From positions 23,576 through 87,575 of the forward strand of contig CAMBPS010000001.1 in assembly GCA_945869675.1 (NCBI GenBank): DNA of 64,000 bases, given 5' to 3'. Shown piece by piece: positions 17,199 through 27,693 of this stretch (position 1 is its first letter; every line of letters starts with the position of its first letter). The notes beneath the pieces were generated by a model. The model was not told the DNA's origin. It saw only the letters and a program-made list of their open reading frames with translations, and made no database searches. A program made the position numbers and the translations under genes. The stretch comes from Prosthecobacter debontii. GTDB lineage: Bacteria > Verrucomicrobiota > Verrucomicrobiia > Verrucomicrobiales > Verrucomicrobiaceae.

Positions 17199-17513
17199 AT
17201 GGCATACGCAATCATCAAAACAGGCGGCAAACAGTATAAAGTATCCGTGGGCGATAAGCTCGACGTTGAAAAACTCGAAGTCGCTGAAGGCGAAAACGCT
17301 ACCTTTGACCAAGTGCTTGCCGCTGGCGAAGGTGCTGACATCAAAATCGGTGCGCCAACAGTCTCCGGAGCTACCGTGGTTGCCACTGTGGTGAAGCAAT
17401 TCAAAGCACCGAAAGTCACTGCCTTCAAATTCAAGAAGCGTAAAGGCTATCACAAAACCACCGGTCATCGTCAGCCTTTGACGCGTGTTCAAGTCACGGC
17501 GATCAACGCCTAA
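17199..17513 (+). CDS. rplU: 50S ribosomal protein L21 (start corrected to ATG 17199)
   Basis: MAYAIIKTGGKQYKV...KFKKRKGYHKTTGHRQPLT. Confidence 0.97.
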   Translation: MAYAIIKTGGKQYKVSVGDKLDVEKLEVAEGENATFDQVLAAGEGADIKIGAPTVSGATVVATVVKQFKAPKVTAFKFKKRKGYHKTTGHRQPLTRVQVTAINA

Positions 17514-17558
17514 TCTTTTCAATTTAATAATCCCAAACATCCCCAGGAGATCTGAGTC

Positions 17559-17819
17559 ATGGCGCATAAGAAAGGTCAAGGAAGTGTTAAAAACGGACGC
17601 GATAGCAATAGCAAGCGTCTCGGTGTGAAAAAGTATGGCGGCGAAGCTGTCATTCCAGGTAACATCATTATCCGTCAACGTGGCACCAAGTGGACTCCAG
17701 GCCAAAACATTGGCATGGGCAAAGACCACACACTCTTCGCCCTCGTGGCCGGACGTGTCCGCTTCGACAAAGATGGTCGTCGCGTCAATGTCGATGAAGC
17801 AGCCGCTTTGACTGCCTAA
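17559..17819 (+). CDS. rpmA: 50S ribosomal protein L27
   Basis: [24 protein letters not shown]. Confidence 0.98.
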   Translation: MAHKKGQGSVKNGRDSNSKRLGVKKYGGEAVIPGNIIIRQRGTKWTPGQNIGMGKDHTLFALVAGRVRFDKDGRRVNVDEAAALTA

Positions 17820-17846
17820 TTAGCATCTTCAATCATTTATTTAATC

Positions 17847-17886
17847 ATGGGCGGATTCCTTCATGGGTCCGCCCATTTTATTTTTT
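17847..17886 (+). terminator. Rho-independent terminator after rpmA
   Basis: ATGGGCGGA...TCCGCCCAT 9-bp stem followed by TTTATTTTTT. Confidence 0.85.
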
Positions 17887-17894
17887 AACTCGTT

Positions 17895-18644
17895 ATGCCT
17901 GCTGAACCCACCTCACGCACTGGACTCGCCCGTGCACTATCTAAACTTGGTCATTGCTCCCGTAGTCAAGGGGCGCAACTGATCAAGCTGGGACGAGTCA
18001 AGTTGAATGGCGTCGTTTGTCGTGACCCCGAAAAGCCTGTTCAGCTCGGTCGTGATCAGGTTGTCGTAGATCACGTTTCAGTGCAGGAGGCTAAGCAACT
18101 TTACATCCTGCTCAATAAACCACGAGGCATTGTCACAACGGCTAGTGATGAGCATGGACGGGCTACGGTCTACAGCTGTTTTGAGGGTCAAAACTTCACT
18201 CATCTCTCACCTGTGGGCAGATTGGATAAGGCCAGTGAAGGCCTTCTACTTTTCACCAACGACAACCGCTGGGCCAATGGCATTACCGATCCATCCACCC
18301 ATATGGCGAAGACCTACCATGTTCAGATGGGTTGTTTGGCCGATACCGATTTACTGGCCAAATTACAAGCTGGTATCGAGGACGAGGGGGAAGTGCTCAC
18401 GTTGCTTTCCGTCACTGCGATCCGTCAGGGGGATAAAAATGCCTGGTTAGAGATCGTCCTAGATGAAGGTCGGAATCGACACATTAGGCGTGTTTTAGAA
18501 GCCCATGGCATCGAAGTCCTGCGCCTTATCCGCGTTGCCATTGGTGGCCTAAAATTAGGGGCCTTAAACAAAGGTGCCTGGCGTCACTTAGCGCCCTACG
18601 AGGTCGCCAAGTTAAACGCCAAAACGAGAACGGAAGATCGGTGA
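17895..18644 (+). CDS. RsuA/RluB family rRNA pseudouridine synthase
   Basis: N-terminal S4 domain, LNKPRG, VGRLD catalytic motif, GLLLFTND, EGRNRHIRR. Confidence 0.93.
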   Translation: MPAEPTSRTGLARALSKLGHCSRSQGAQLIKLGRVKLNGVVCRDPEKPVQLGRDQVVVDHVSVQEAKQLYILLNKPRGIVTTASDEHGRATVYSCFEGQNFTHLSPVGRLDKASEGLLLFTNDNRWANGITDPSTHMAKTYHVQMGCLADTDLLAKLQAGIEDEGEVLTLLSVTAIRQGDKNAWLEIVLDEGRNRHIRRVLEAHGIEVLRLIRVAIGGLKLGALNKGAWRHLAPYEVAKLNAKTRTEDR

Positions 18645-18818
18645 CGGCAGGCTGTTTTCCTAGGCTGAGGATTGAATCTCATGAACCGGCACCACGACTA
18701 GATTCAATTATGGATTCAAGAGCCTGTGAAGAAGTAGCGGTCCCTAAATCGAAAGATCCTCGTTTCAATCCTGAACGTCTATTCGACATTCGCGCCGTAG
18801 CTTCTACGATCAGAGACT

Positions 18819-21803
18819 ATGCCTTTTAAGTCGCAACTTAACTTAGTAGATGATCTGTTCAGCGATCGTTCGCAGCCAACGCAGGCAGGAATGAAGCGGC
18901 TTTTTCTTGGCTGGGAAAAGCCACTAGTTCAGTCGGTGACGGAACATTTGGCGACTGATTGGAATGGCCAAGGAGCATTGGATCTGAGTGATTGCTTAAT
19001 CGTGGTGCCGACTCGCCATGCCAGCCGTCGACTGCGTGAAGCTCTGGCTGTCTTTGCTGCCACGAAAGGGGCAGCAGTTTTGCCGCCTCTTACGGTCACA
19101 CCCGATTTCCTGACGTCGCCAGATCGCTTGCTGGATATTAATGCAGCAGGGCAGGTGGACACGCTCTTGCTTTGGACTGCAGAGATGCTGCGTCTGGACC
19201 TTGAGTCGCATCGTCATCTATTTCCCATCGATCCGGTCGAGCGCACTTTTTCTTGGGCGCTAAAGACAGCTGGCGATTTACTGCAAGTGCGTGAAACGCT
19301 CAATGAAAATGGATTGAGCTTACTCGATGCAGCCAATCTGCTAGAGAAATCCGAGATGGAGCCTGAGCGCTGGCGTGATTTAGCCAAGTTAGAGCAGCAA
19401 TGTCTAGAGGCCACCGAGTCTCACGGCTTTATCGACTGGCAAGTAGTGCGCCGCCAAGCTGCGGCTGAAGGCCTATTGCCAAGCATGGTGCGTCGAATCA
19501 TGATCGTCGGTGTCTTGGACCCCTCTCTCTTGGCCATTCAAGCACTTGATCGTCATTCACGGCATGTGCCTGTGCAGGTGCTTGTGTTTGCTCCAGCGTC
19601 CACTCATAGCGCCCATTTTGACACATGGGGGCGCCCGATTGTTCAGAGTTGGTTGACTGAGCCTATTCATATAGATCGGCCCAACTTCACGATCCATCAA
19701 GGCAGCACACCTGCAGCTCAGGCCAGTGAAGCCATGACGCTCATCTCGGCGCATTCGATCCCAGGAAAAGTGGCCGCTATCGGTGTGGCCGATGTCGAGA
19801 TCGCAGCGCCTCTGGAAAAAACGTTGGGTGAGAACGGCATCGGAGCCTATGACCCAGCGGGTAAAAGCATGGGTGCTCATGGGGTCTTCCATTTATTGCG
19901 GCTGTTGAGCCAACTCTCTGCCTCGCGCTCTTTTAGCAGTGCTGCGCAACTGATGCGTTGTCCGGATGTAGCTGAGACGGTGCGGCAGAAAGCAGAAGAT
20001 CAAACAGGCTTGCGTCCCAGCCTCACACGTCTACTCAACGATCTTGATCAATTGACAGTCAAAGCTCTGCCTGACACTCTGGATGATGCCATTGAGCTAG
20101 CTCCGCGCACTTTGGATGAAACCGTCATAAGTCCGATCATCATCGGGCTTGCTTGGCTGGCGGAGACCTTAAAAAATCTCGCTAATTCCAATTTTGGAGG
20201 TGCTTTGACGGACTTTCTGGCAGAGGTCTTTTCGCAGCGCTCCTTTCAACTGGATCGCCCAAAGGACGCCGTCTTTGCTGCCATTGCCGATCAGATCGCA
20301 CAAGTGCTTGATGCGCTTGAAGGCCCCTCCGCTGGCCTTTTTCAGCCCCCCTTGAGTGCTGGCAGCCGTTTGGAATTACTTTTGAGAGTGATGAATGATC
20401 AGGTCTTTTACCCTGAGCGCGCTGCTCATGACATTGATATTCAGGGCTGGTTGGAATTGCTCTGGGAAGACGCGCCCCATCTCGTCATTGCCGGCATGAA
20501 TGAGGGCAAGGTGCCAGAGTCCATCCTCAGCCATCAATTCCTGCCAGATTCGGCTCGTCGTGCACTTGGTCTCAGAAACAATGATACCCGTTTTGCCCGT
20601 GATGCCTGTCTCATGACCTGCATCATCGAGCTGCGCAAACGCACTGGTGGGCGTGTTGATTTCATCTTTGGCCGGATTGGGTCTGCGGAGGAGCCTTTGC
20701 GACCATCCCGATTGTTATTCCAATGCCCTGATGCAGATCTTGCTGAGCGCACACTGCAATTTTTCAAGAAGGCGGAAACTCATCTCGAGCCTATGCCTTG
20801 GCAGCTTGCCTGGCAATTGCGCCCGCGGCCATTGGCTGATGATGCGCCGATTTTTCGCAAACTCAGTGTGACTCAGTTTCGTGATTATCTCACTTGCCCA
20901 TTCCGCTTCTATTTGAAACACGGTCTGAAGATGAGAGCAGCCGATGTTTCCGCTTCCGAAATGGATGCGATGAGTTTTGGCAGTCTGCTGCATCATGTTC
21001 TGGAAAAATTTGCCACCGAAAGTCCTGCGGCCAGGTCCACCGATGTAAATGTCGTTCGCAGTGAATTTCATCGGCTCCTTGAAGCGAAACTGCATGCCAC
21101 ATTCGGTGAACGGCTGACGGTTCCTGTCATGATTCAGTGTGAGTCAGCACGTCAGCGACTTTCTTGGTGGGCTGAGAAGGAAACCGAGGAGCGTGCCAAA
21201 GGCTGGCAGATTGTCGCTGCTGAGACGCGCATCAGCCCTGAGGGGAATCCCTGGAAAATCGGTCCAATGATTATTAGTGGAATCGTTGATCGGGTGGAGC
21301 GGCATCCGCAGTTGGGAATACGTTTGATCGACTTTAAAACCTACTCACCTAGCACGGCCCATAAAGGCGAACGCAAAGGTGTGGAAGATTACCATCTCGC
21401 CAAACTCAAGCGCAATGAAGATCCAGCGCAGCTGCCGCCTTGGTCGCTGACGAAAACTAGCCAAGGAGAGATGGCACGCTGGTCAGATCTGCAATTGCCG
21501 CTCTATCACCTGGCCCTACAGCAGCAGTATCCAAATGAAAAAATTCATACGGCTTATGCCACATTAGGAAAGACCAAGGGTGACGTCGGGATCGATCCTT
21601 GGCCTAATCTTGAAGGCCACCAACTCGAAAGCGCTAAAGTCTGCGCGGAGGGTATCATCAACTCCGTTCTCAGCCGCCAGTTTTGGCCGCCTCTCGAAAA
21701 GATGCCATTCGAGGATGACTTTGATCCCTTGTTTTTTGGCGATGCGCTGAAAGCAGTGGATGCGAGTTTGATTTCTAACCTGGAGACCAGATCAATCCGA
21801 TGA
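18819..21803 (+). CDS. addB: AddB-like PD-(D/E)XK nuclease partner subunit
   Basis: Degenerate helicase-like N-terminus; C-terminal RecB-type nuclease (LSVT..CPFRF, GIVDRVE, LIDFKT, QLPLY); 4-nt overlap with an addA-like gene. Confidence 0.8.
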   Translation: MPFKSQLNLVDDLFSDRSQPTQAGMKRLFLGWEKPLVQSVTEHLATDWNGQGALDLSDCLIVVPTRHASRRLREALAVFAATKGAAVLPPLTVTPDFLTSPDRLLDINAAGQVDTLLLWTAEMLRLDLESHRHLFPIDPVERTFSWALKTAGDLLQVRETLNENGLSLLDAANLLEKSEMEPERWRDLAKLEQQCLEATESHGFIDWQVVRRQAAAEGLLPSMVRRIMIVGVLDPSLLAIQALDRHSRHVPVQVLVFAPASTHSAHFDTWGRPIVQSWLTEPIHIDRPNFTIHQGSTPAAQASEAMTLISAHSIPGKVAAIGVADVEIAAPLEKTLGENGIGAYDPAGKSMGAHGVFHLLRLLSQLSASRSFSSAAQLMRCPDVAETVRQKAEDQTGLRPSLTRLLNDLDQLTVKALPDTLDDAIELAPRTLDETVISPIIIGLAWLAETLKNLANSNFGGALTDFLAEVFSQRSFQLDRPKDAVFAAIADQIAQVLDALEGPSAGLFQPPLSAGSRLELLLRVMNDQVFYPERAAHDIDIQGWLELLWEDAPHLVIAGMNEGKVPESILSHQFLPDSARRALGLRNNDTRFARDACLMTCIIELRKRTGGRVDFIFGRIGSAEEPLRPSRLLFQCPDADLAERTLQFFKKAETHLEPMPWQLAWQLRPRPLADDAPIFRKLSVTQFRDYLTCPFRFYLKHGLKMRAADVSASEMDAMSFGSLLHHVLEKFATESPAARSTDVNVVRSEFHRLLEAKLHATFGERLTVPVMIQCESARQRLSWWAEKETEERAKGWQIVAAETRISPEGNPWKIGPMIISGIVDRVERHPQLGIRLIDFKTYSPSTAHKGERKGVEDYHLAKLKRNEDPAQLPPWSLTKTSQGEMARWSDLQLPLYHLALQQQYPNEKIHTAYATLGKTKGDVGIDPWPNLEGHQLESAKVCAEGIINSVLSRQFWPPLEKMPFEDDFDPLFFGDALKAVDASLISNLETRSIR

Positions 21804-24800
21804 ACGCCATCCCCAATGAAATGATCCTGGCCTCTGCTGGCTCAGGTAAAACGTGGCAACTGACAAATCGCTTCATCGCACTCATGGGTCAGCAATTGCT
21901 AGCGGGTCAAGAAGTCACCCCAGAGCGGATCGTCGCTGTCACGTTCACACGCAAAGCGGCGGGAGAATTCTTTGACTCGATCCTTGTAAAACTGGCCAAA
22001 GCCTCCTCGGATCAGAAGTTTGCAATGTCACTCGCCGGAGATGAATCCATCGATCCCGAAGTGGTGAATGATCCACTCAGGCCCATCATGAGTCAGCTGA
22101 CGCAAGCGGATTTTCGTCAACTGCTACGCTGCTTTATCACGCGCATGCCACGCCTGTTTCTGGGCACCCTAGATAGTTTTTTTTCAGCGATCCTGCGCAG
22201 CTTTCCAGCTGAGTTTGGATTGGCGGGCGACTTTGAACTCCTCAGCGGTCATCAAGGCCGTGTGGAGCGTGAGCGCGTTTATCGACTCGTCTTTCAGCGC
22301 ACTTTGCCTGAGCTCAAATCTAGAACGGAGAGTCTTAGTGCGCAGAAGGATTTTTTGGAAGCTTTCCGCCGGGCTACCTTTGGCAAGGAAGAAGCGAACA
22401 TCCGCACAGTCTTGGATCAGTTTGTGGAAAATCAGCATGGCATTCTTCTGCATGCTGCTGGTCGCGAGCTCTGGGGAGATGCTGGCACGATCTGGCCTAA
22501 TGGCTGTCTCTGGTTGACGGAGAAGCTGGATTTGGACAAGGCTTTTCAGCATCTGTTCAGGCTTTTGGAAAGTGATGATGTCAGCGAAAAAGCTTGGGAC
22601 TTTTGGAGTGAATTCCAGGAACAGGCTCTCACTCACATTCCTGGCAGGACCATGCCTAAACGAGTCAAATTTTTCATGGAAAGAGCACTGGAATGCTGGT
22701 CAGATATTCAATCCAAGAACTGCATTATCACCGTCAATCGGCAGAAGCAAAAGATCACAGGCCGCAGTTGTGATGCCTTGAGAGACATCATCACTCACTT
22801 GGGTGGAGCTGAAATCGAGGTTAGACTGGAGCGCACACAGGGTGCCTGGCAGGTGCTTAGTTTGTTTGAAAACATCTGGTCTCAGCAGGTGCGTCGCCGC
22901 GGACGACTCACGTTTCAGGACATGGAGCTCATCCTAGCTGGCCATGAATTCACCAATGATTTGCCACGTCCGATGCTTTCCCAAGTGCCCGGAGTAGAGG
23001 AGCGACTACGTATCGACTATCGGCTGGATGCACGCTACGATCATTGGCTGCTGGACGAGTTTCAGGACACAAACTACACGCAATGGTCGGTGATTGAAAA
23101 CCTGATTGATGAAGCGGTGCAGGACACTTCTGATGAACGCACGCTGTTTCAAGTGGGTGATGTCAAGCAAGCCATCTATGCCTGGCGTGGAGGCGATACG
23201 CGGTTGTTTGAAGACATTTCCAAACGCTACAATTCAGGCGTGGAAACACGCATTCATAAGCGGCCGCTGAACGTCTCTTGGCGCTCGGGTCATGATGTCA
23301 TCAGTCTGGTGAATCGGATCTTTGGAGATAACGCAGCTTTGGCCGAAATGGAGTTGCCTCAGCAGGCTCAGGAACGCTGGCCTTGGCAGGATCATCAAGT
23401 GGCAGGCATTCATCAAACAATGCCAGGTTATGCTGTGATGCTGCACCCCGTGCCAGCTGCAGGTGAAAAAGTGCAGGAGGAAGATCGCTTTGCTCTTGTC
23501 GCGGGGCTACTTGAAGAGATTCAGCCAATCATCCATGGCCTAAGTTGTGCTATCCTCGTCCAGTCCAATCGCACCGCCAGGAGCTTAGTGGATTATCTCC
23601 GAGCGCACTCCCCCTCACGCATTCCAGTCATGTGCGAGTCTGAGATTGCGGTGGCTACGGACAATCCCGTCACGCTCGCTTTACTCAGCCTCATGCGGTG
23701 TGCTGCCCACCCTGCGGACAGCTTGACCTGGCAGCATTTGATGATGACGCCTTTCCGAGAGGTCTTTGAATCGACCGGGATGAATCTTGGCAGGTTAGCC
23801 GCAGAGGTTCTCAGACAAATCTTTGATGATGGCTTTGAAATTAGCCTGCGTCATTGGCTGCATCTGCTGGTCAAAAACGGGATAAATTTAGACGCCTTCA
23901 GTCAAAGACGGACAGAAGACTTTGCTTTGGCCGCGCGTCTCTTTGATCAGAGCGGTAGTCGTGATATCGACGAGTTTCTATTGTATGCTGAAAGCTACAC
24001 CACAAGGGAAGCGGATACTCGCCATGCAGTGCAGGTCATGACAGTGCATAAATCCAAAGGGTTGACCTTTGATTGCGTGCTATTACCAGATTTAGAAGGC
24101 GAATCCATGACTACGGTTCGGCGGGGTATTGGGGTGAAGCATGGGGAAAAGCGTCTCGTCGAGTGGGTTATGGATCTTCCTCCTGGCGATATTGTTAGAG
24201 CCGATCCTGTGCTATCTGGATATCATAACGATCTCGAGGCCGAAGCTGCTTACGAGGAGTTATGCAAATTTTATGTGGCACTAACGCGCGCTAAACATGC
24301 GAATTATCTGATTGCTACGCCCCGCTCGGAGAGGTCCACGTCGAATAATTTCATCAAATTGCTCTCCCTAACGCTTGGGGATGAAACGGAGCCTGTCATG
24401 GAAAGTTTCGGGGGTATTGCAGCAGAGATTATTTATCAAAGTAAGACGCCTACCACTGATCGACGTTGGTTTGAGTCTCTTCCAGTGAAGGCACCAGAGA
24501 CACTGCCAGAGCCGGAATGTATCACCATCATGGCGGAGGGACGCTTGCGCCCGCAGCGCCGAACACCGAGTGGTTCTGAAACCAGTAGGGTCACAGCCAA
24601 ACAAATCTTCTCACGCAGTGGTCGGTCGGCACGCTCTTACGGCACTTTGGTTCATGCTTTTTTTGAGCAGATCCTCTGGTTGGATGAGATGTCTGCCTCA
24701 ACACTGCCAGAACTCTGGGCCGCTGTTCCCTGTCTGGATGAAAGTGCTCGCATCAAAGCACTCGAAGAAGTTCACCGTTGTCTGGCCGCGCCAACGATTG

Positions 24801-25108
24801 TCCATGCGCTCAGTCGCCCTTCATCCAACGCTGAATGCTGGCGGGAAAAACGTTTCGAAATCTTGCTCAATCAAGAGTGGCTTTCAGGCACTTTTGATCG
24901 TGTCGTTATTGAGTCAGAACGCGCCACGATTCAGGACTTTAAAACAGATAAGGTGGAAAGCGGCGAAGCCTTGGCAAATCGCATTGCAGGCTACACGCCC
25001 CAATTACACACTTACCGGGAAGTCCTCTCCCGCATGACTGGGTTGCCTACCTCAGCCATTCGTTGTCAGTTAGTATTCACCCATCGCTGCGAAGTGGTGG
25101 AGGTCTAA
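21800..25108 (+). CDS. addA: AddA-like UvrD/RecB ATP-dependent helicase-nuclease
   Basis: ASAGSGKT, VTFTRKAA, DEFQDT, GDVKQAIYAWRG, MTVHKSKGL, YVALTRA and C-terminal GTFDRV..DFKT. Confidence 0.9.
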   Translation: MNAIPNEMILASAGSGKTWQLTNRFIALMGQQLLAGQEVTPERIVAVTFTRKAAGEFFDSILVKLAKASSDQKFAMSLAGDESIDPEVVNDPLRPIMSQLTQADFRQLLRCFITRMPRLFLGTLDSFFSAILRSFPAEFGLAGDFELLSGHQGRVERERVYRLVFQRTLPELKSRTESLSAQKDFLEAFRRATFGKEEANIRTVLDQFVENQHGILLHAAGRELWGDAGTIWPNGCLWLTEKLDLDKAFQHLFRLLESDDVSEKAWDFWSEFQEQALTHIPGRTMPKRVKFFMERALECWSDIQSKNCIITVNRQKQKITGRSCDALRDIITHLGGAEIEVRLERTQGAWQVLSLFENIWSQQVRRRGRLTFQDMELILAGHEFTNDLPRPMLSQVPGVEERLRIDYRLDARYDHWLLDEFQDTNYTQWSVIENLIDEAVQDTSDERTLFQVGDVKQAIYAWRGGDTRLFEDISKRYNSGVETRIHKRPLNVSWRSGHDVISLVNRIFGDNAALAEMELPQQAQERWPWQDHQVAGIHQTMPGYAVMLHPVPAAGEKVQEEDRFALVAGLLEEIQPIIHGLSCAILVQSNRTARSLVDYLRAHSPSRIPVMCESEIAVATDNPVTLALLSLMRCAAHPADSLTWQHLMMTPFREVFESTGMNLGRLAAEVLRQIFDDGFEISLRHWLHLLVKNGINLDAFSQRRTEDFALAARLFDQSGSRDIDEFLLYAESYTTREADTRHAVQVMTVHKSKGLTFDCVLLPDLEGESMTTVRRGIGVKHGEKRLVEWVMDLPPGDIVRADPVLSGYHNDLEAEAAYEELCKFYVALTRAKHANYLIATPRSERSTSNNFIKLLSLTLGDETEPVMESFGGIAAEIIYQSKTPTTDRRWFESLPVKAPETLPEPECITIMAEGRLRPQRRTPSGSETSRVTAKQIFSRSGRSARSYGTLVHAFFEQILWLDEMSASTLPELWAAVPCLDESARIKALEEVHRCLAAPTIVHALSRPSSNAECWREKRFEILLNQEWLSGTFDRVVIESERATIQDFKTDKVESGEALANRIAGYTPQLHTYREVLSRMTGLPTSAIRCQLVFTHRCEVVEV

Positions 25109-25114
25109 GTCATC

Positions 25115-27613
25115 TCACTTCTTTTCTAATAGCAGTTTGGCCTTATCTGCGGTCATGCCCATGGCAGGAAGATCAAAGCCCAAGGTGTCACCATTGGCTT
25201 TGAATCCGTTGCCGTCGACATCGACATAGATGGGATTATTGTAGGCACAGGGACGCATTTCGGCGTAATCGCTGGTGCCGTAACAAATTTTGGAGTCACC
25301 TTTTTCATTAATAGCGACGACGATAAGATGTGCATCTTGCTGAAGTCGCACCTGGATCTTTTCATCAAACTTTACGACATCATTTTTAAACATCTTGGGA
25401 TGTGTCTCACGGGTGAAATTGAGCGTTGGATCTGGGCGACTATTAACTAAGACTTGAACGCGATTGATGTCGATCCAGTCAGTGCACTGCACTCTCACCT
25501 TGAGATCAATGCTTCCTGTGGCGCGGTCATCATCTCCAGCGGTCTTGCCATTCTGTGTTGTGACTTCCAGAAAAGGACCCGTAGTCAAAATCATGTTGCC
25601 TTGTTTTGCACGAGGTGACAGTTCAGCCCAGTCAATCTTGGCAGGCTCATCGGTGCTGCTCGGTAGATAGCAGCGCCAGCATCCGACACCATTGCCATAA
25701 ACTGCGTGAGCATCTGCTACACCCACGGCAACTAGGCGGTGACCTTGGTTCAAAAGCTGACGCCAAACAAACTCGCGCACACTGCTGGCTTTGGCAGCTA
25801 AAGAACCGGGCTTACGGCTGACCTTAAAGGGTGCTTCGTATAAGATATCCGTCCCGGGACCATTTTCAGATTCCAGACCATCAATCATGTCGCCCACACC
25901 CACAAAACCACCATCAGTCATGCCGTCGCTATCTCGGTCGATGAACATGTTCGATAATTCAGGATGATTAAACTGGATCCAACGATCTGCACGCTCAGTC
26001 TGCCAGCGGCGCAGTGTCAGTGCCGTGATGCGTGGATCATCATTCCATACGGGAGCACCACCATCTTGAAGCAATGGATCAGGTTCAAAAGGAAAAGCAT
26101 TGAAATGCTGACGACTTCCCGTGAGTTCCACGCCTTTGACGGTTTTAATGTAAGGCTCGAGTCCAAGCGCTTTAATGGTCGGTTCCCAATCATAAAGCCG
26201 ATTGTGCTCTGTGGTTGGAGCGAACTCCAAATGCTCTGCGGCGATGTTGATGAGGCGTCCGTCGGTGTCACAGACATTGTCTCCACTCGGCGTGCTATGA
26301 TTATGGAAGTCAGCACTGATCCAGCCCTTCGTATCGACAAGACGTTTAAGGGTGCCTTTGAAAACAAATTCAGTGCCCGGTGCTAGGGTTACCTCCTTTG
26401 ATAGATGTCCATACTCAGGACCCCGCACGACGATGACGCGATATTTTCCCACTGGGAGTTGTACGGTGAATTGTCCTTTTTCACTGTGATACTGGTCAAC
26501 ACAACCATGGGCACGGTGCTTGGGTCCGAGATTCAGTGCAGGAGTGCCTCTGTCTAGAGGCTCAAAGTGAACTTTGCAGGGAATTGATTTTTCGGTTTCG
26601 CCGCTGATGTCAAAGCGAATGCGAGAAGCGGCGGGCATACTGATCTTTGGCGGTATTGTGGTGCCTTCACCCACGGTGAAATTTATTTTAGCCTGAGGGC
26701 GACCTAGATCGTCGATGAGTAATTCGGCTGTCCCAAGGGGAAGTTTAAAACTGTATTTACCATCGCCATCTGGATAACCGAGAATGGACTCCTTGGCATT
26801 AGCCACAGAAATGACGGCCGTCGAAATACCTTCGCCGTCAGCATCTGTGATGACGCCTGTTACGGTTCCAAAGTGGGTGTTTTTTTGCGCACGAGCCTCT
26901 CCAACAGCCTGAGCAGGTGAGGTGCCAACGGCAAAAAATCGCTGGACGACAACTTCTTGTTTTGGTTGCAGTTCGATCGTGTCACTTAGTTGCTCTATGC
27001 CCGTGAGACTTAGTGTGATGAGTGCATAACCACATTTGTGAGCAGGATTGATGGCCCCTACCCAGTAAATGTCATCTGAGGTGGTGCCTGTGGATTCAAA
27101 GCGAGTGAAGTCAGATTTTGTCGATACTTTTTGGGCTGATTCTGATTCGTTGCGCAGAATGGTCGTGATGTAGATGCCCTGCACGCCATCTTTCACACGG
27201 TATTCGTGGCGTTTAAAGATGCCGGAATTTTTGGCGGCTGTCGTGACGGATTCTACTGCTGCGGCTCCATCCTCTTTGACGTTAACGGCTTTGACATAAG
27301 AGACCTCACCATGGCCGCAGGGCCCATAGACCACGAGTTGATCATTGGCTGCCCCGCGTAGGGTGAGATCATAAAGGCAGCCGGGCGTCACGCCATCAGC
27401 CCCATAGAAAGTGCTCATATTGGCTCGGCGTAATGGGGCGTTTTGGGAGATTACAGCCTCGACTTTATCGCTCCGCAAAACAAAGTCGCCCCGGATTCCA
27501 TCTGCTTCTTTACCCTTTGGTAGTTCCTTCACTCGGCCAAGAGACGCTTCAAAAACCTCTGCACTCCAGGCAGAGGTCACACAAAGACAGAGAAGGATGA
27601 GGAGCTTTTTCAT
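25115..27613 (-). CDS. Secreted CehA/McbA-like (PHP-fold) metallohydrolase with beta-sandwich domains
   Basis: Signal peptide MKKLLILLCLCVTSAWS (ATG 27613); DFHNHS, TEHN, QFNHP, VADAH metal motifs; AYNNPIYVD tail. Confidence 0.75.
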   Translation of the reverse strand: MKKLLILLCLCVTSAWSAEVFEASLGRVKELPKGKEADGIRGDFVLRSDKVEAVISQNAPLRRANMSTFYGADGVTPGCLYDLTLRGAANDQLVVYGPCGHGEVSYVKAVNVKEDGAAAVESVTTAAKNSGIFKRHEYRVKDGVQGIYITTILRNESESAQKVSTKSDFTRFESTGTTSDDIYWVGAINPAHKCGYALITLSLTGIEQLSDTIELQPKQEVVVQRFFAVGTSPAQAVGEARAQKNTHFGTVTGVITDADGEGISTAVISVANAKESILGYPDGDGKYSFKLPLGTAELLIDDLGRPQAKINFTVGEGTTIPPKISMPAASRIRFDISGETEKSIPCKVHFEPLDRGTPALNLGPKHRAHGCVDQYHSEKGQFTVQLPVGKYRVIVVRGPEYGHLSKEVTLAPGTEFVFKGTLKRLVDTKGWISADFHNHSTPSGDNVCDTDGRLINIAAEHLEFAPTTEHNRLYDWEPTIKALGLEPYIKTVKGVELTGSRQHFNAFPFEPDPLLQDGGAPVWNDDPRITALTLRRWQTERADRWIQFNHPELSNMFIDRDSDGMTDGGFVGVGDMIDGLESENGPGTDILYEAPFKVSRKPGSLAAKASSVREFVWRQLLNQGHRLVAVGVADAHAVYGNGVGCWRCYLPSSTDEPAKIDWAELSPRAKQGNMILTTGPFLEVTTQNGKTAGDDDRATGSIDLKVRVQCTDWIDINRVQVLVNSRPDPTLNFTRETHPKMFKNDVVKFDEKIQVRLQQDAHLIVVAINEKGDSKICYGTSDYAEMRPCAYNNPIYVDVDGNGFKANGDTLGFDLPAMGMTADKAKLLLEKK

Positions 27614-27693
27614 GAGTTGGATGTATAGAACGTCCATGCTGATGATTCATTAACTGCTTTGTAGCGTTTTTGTTTGGCCAACTCAAAAAGAGC

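Noticed and set aside
18641-18829. 62-aa ORF and 9-bp inverted repeat (ATTGAATCT/AGATTCAAT, 18671-18708) between the pseudouridine synthase and addB
   Set aside because: GTG start, no motif I recognise, and a long 20-nt spacer in the repeat; not enough support.
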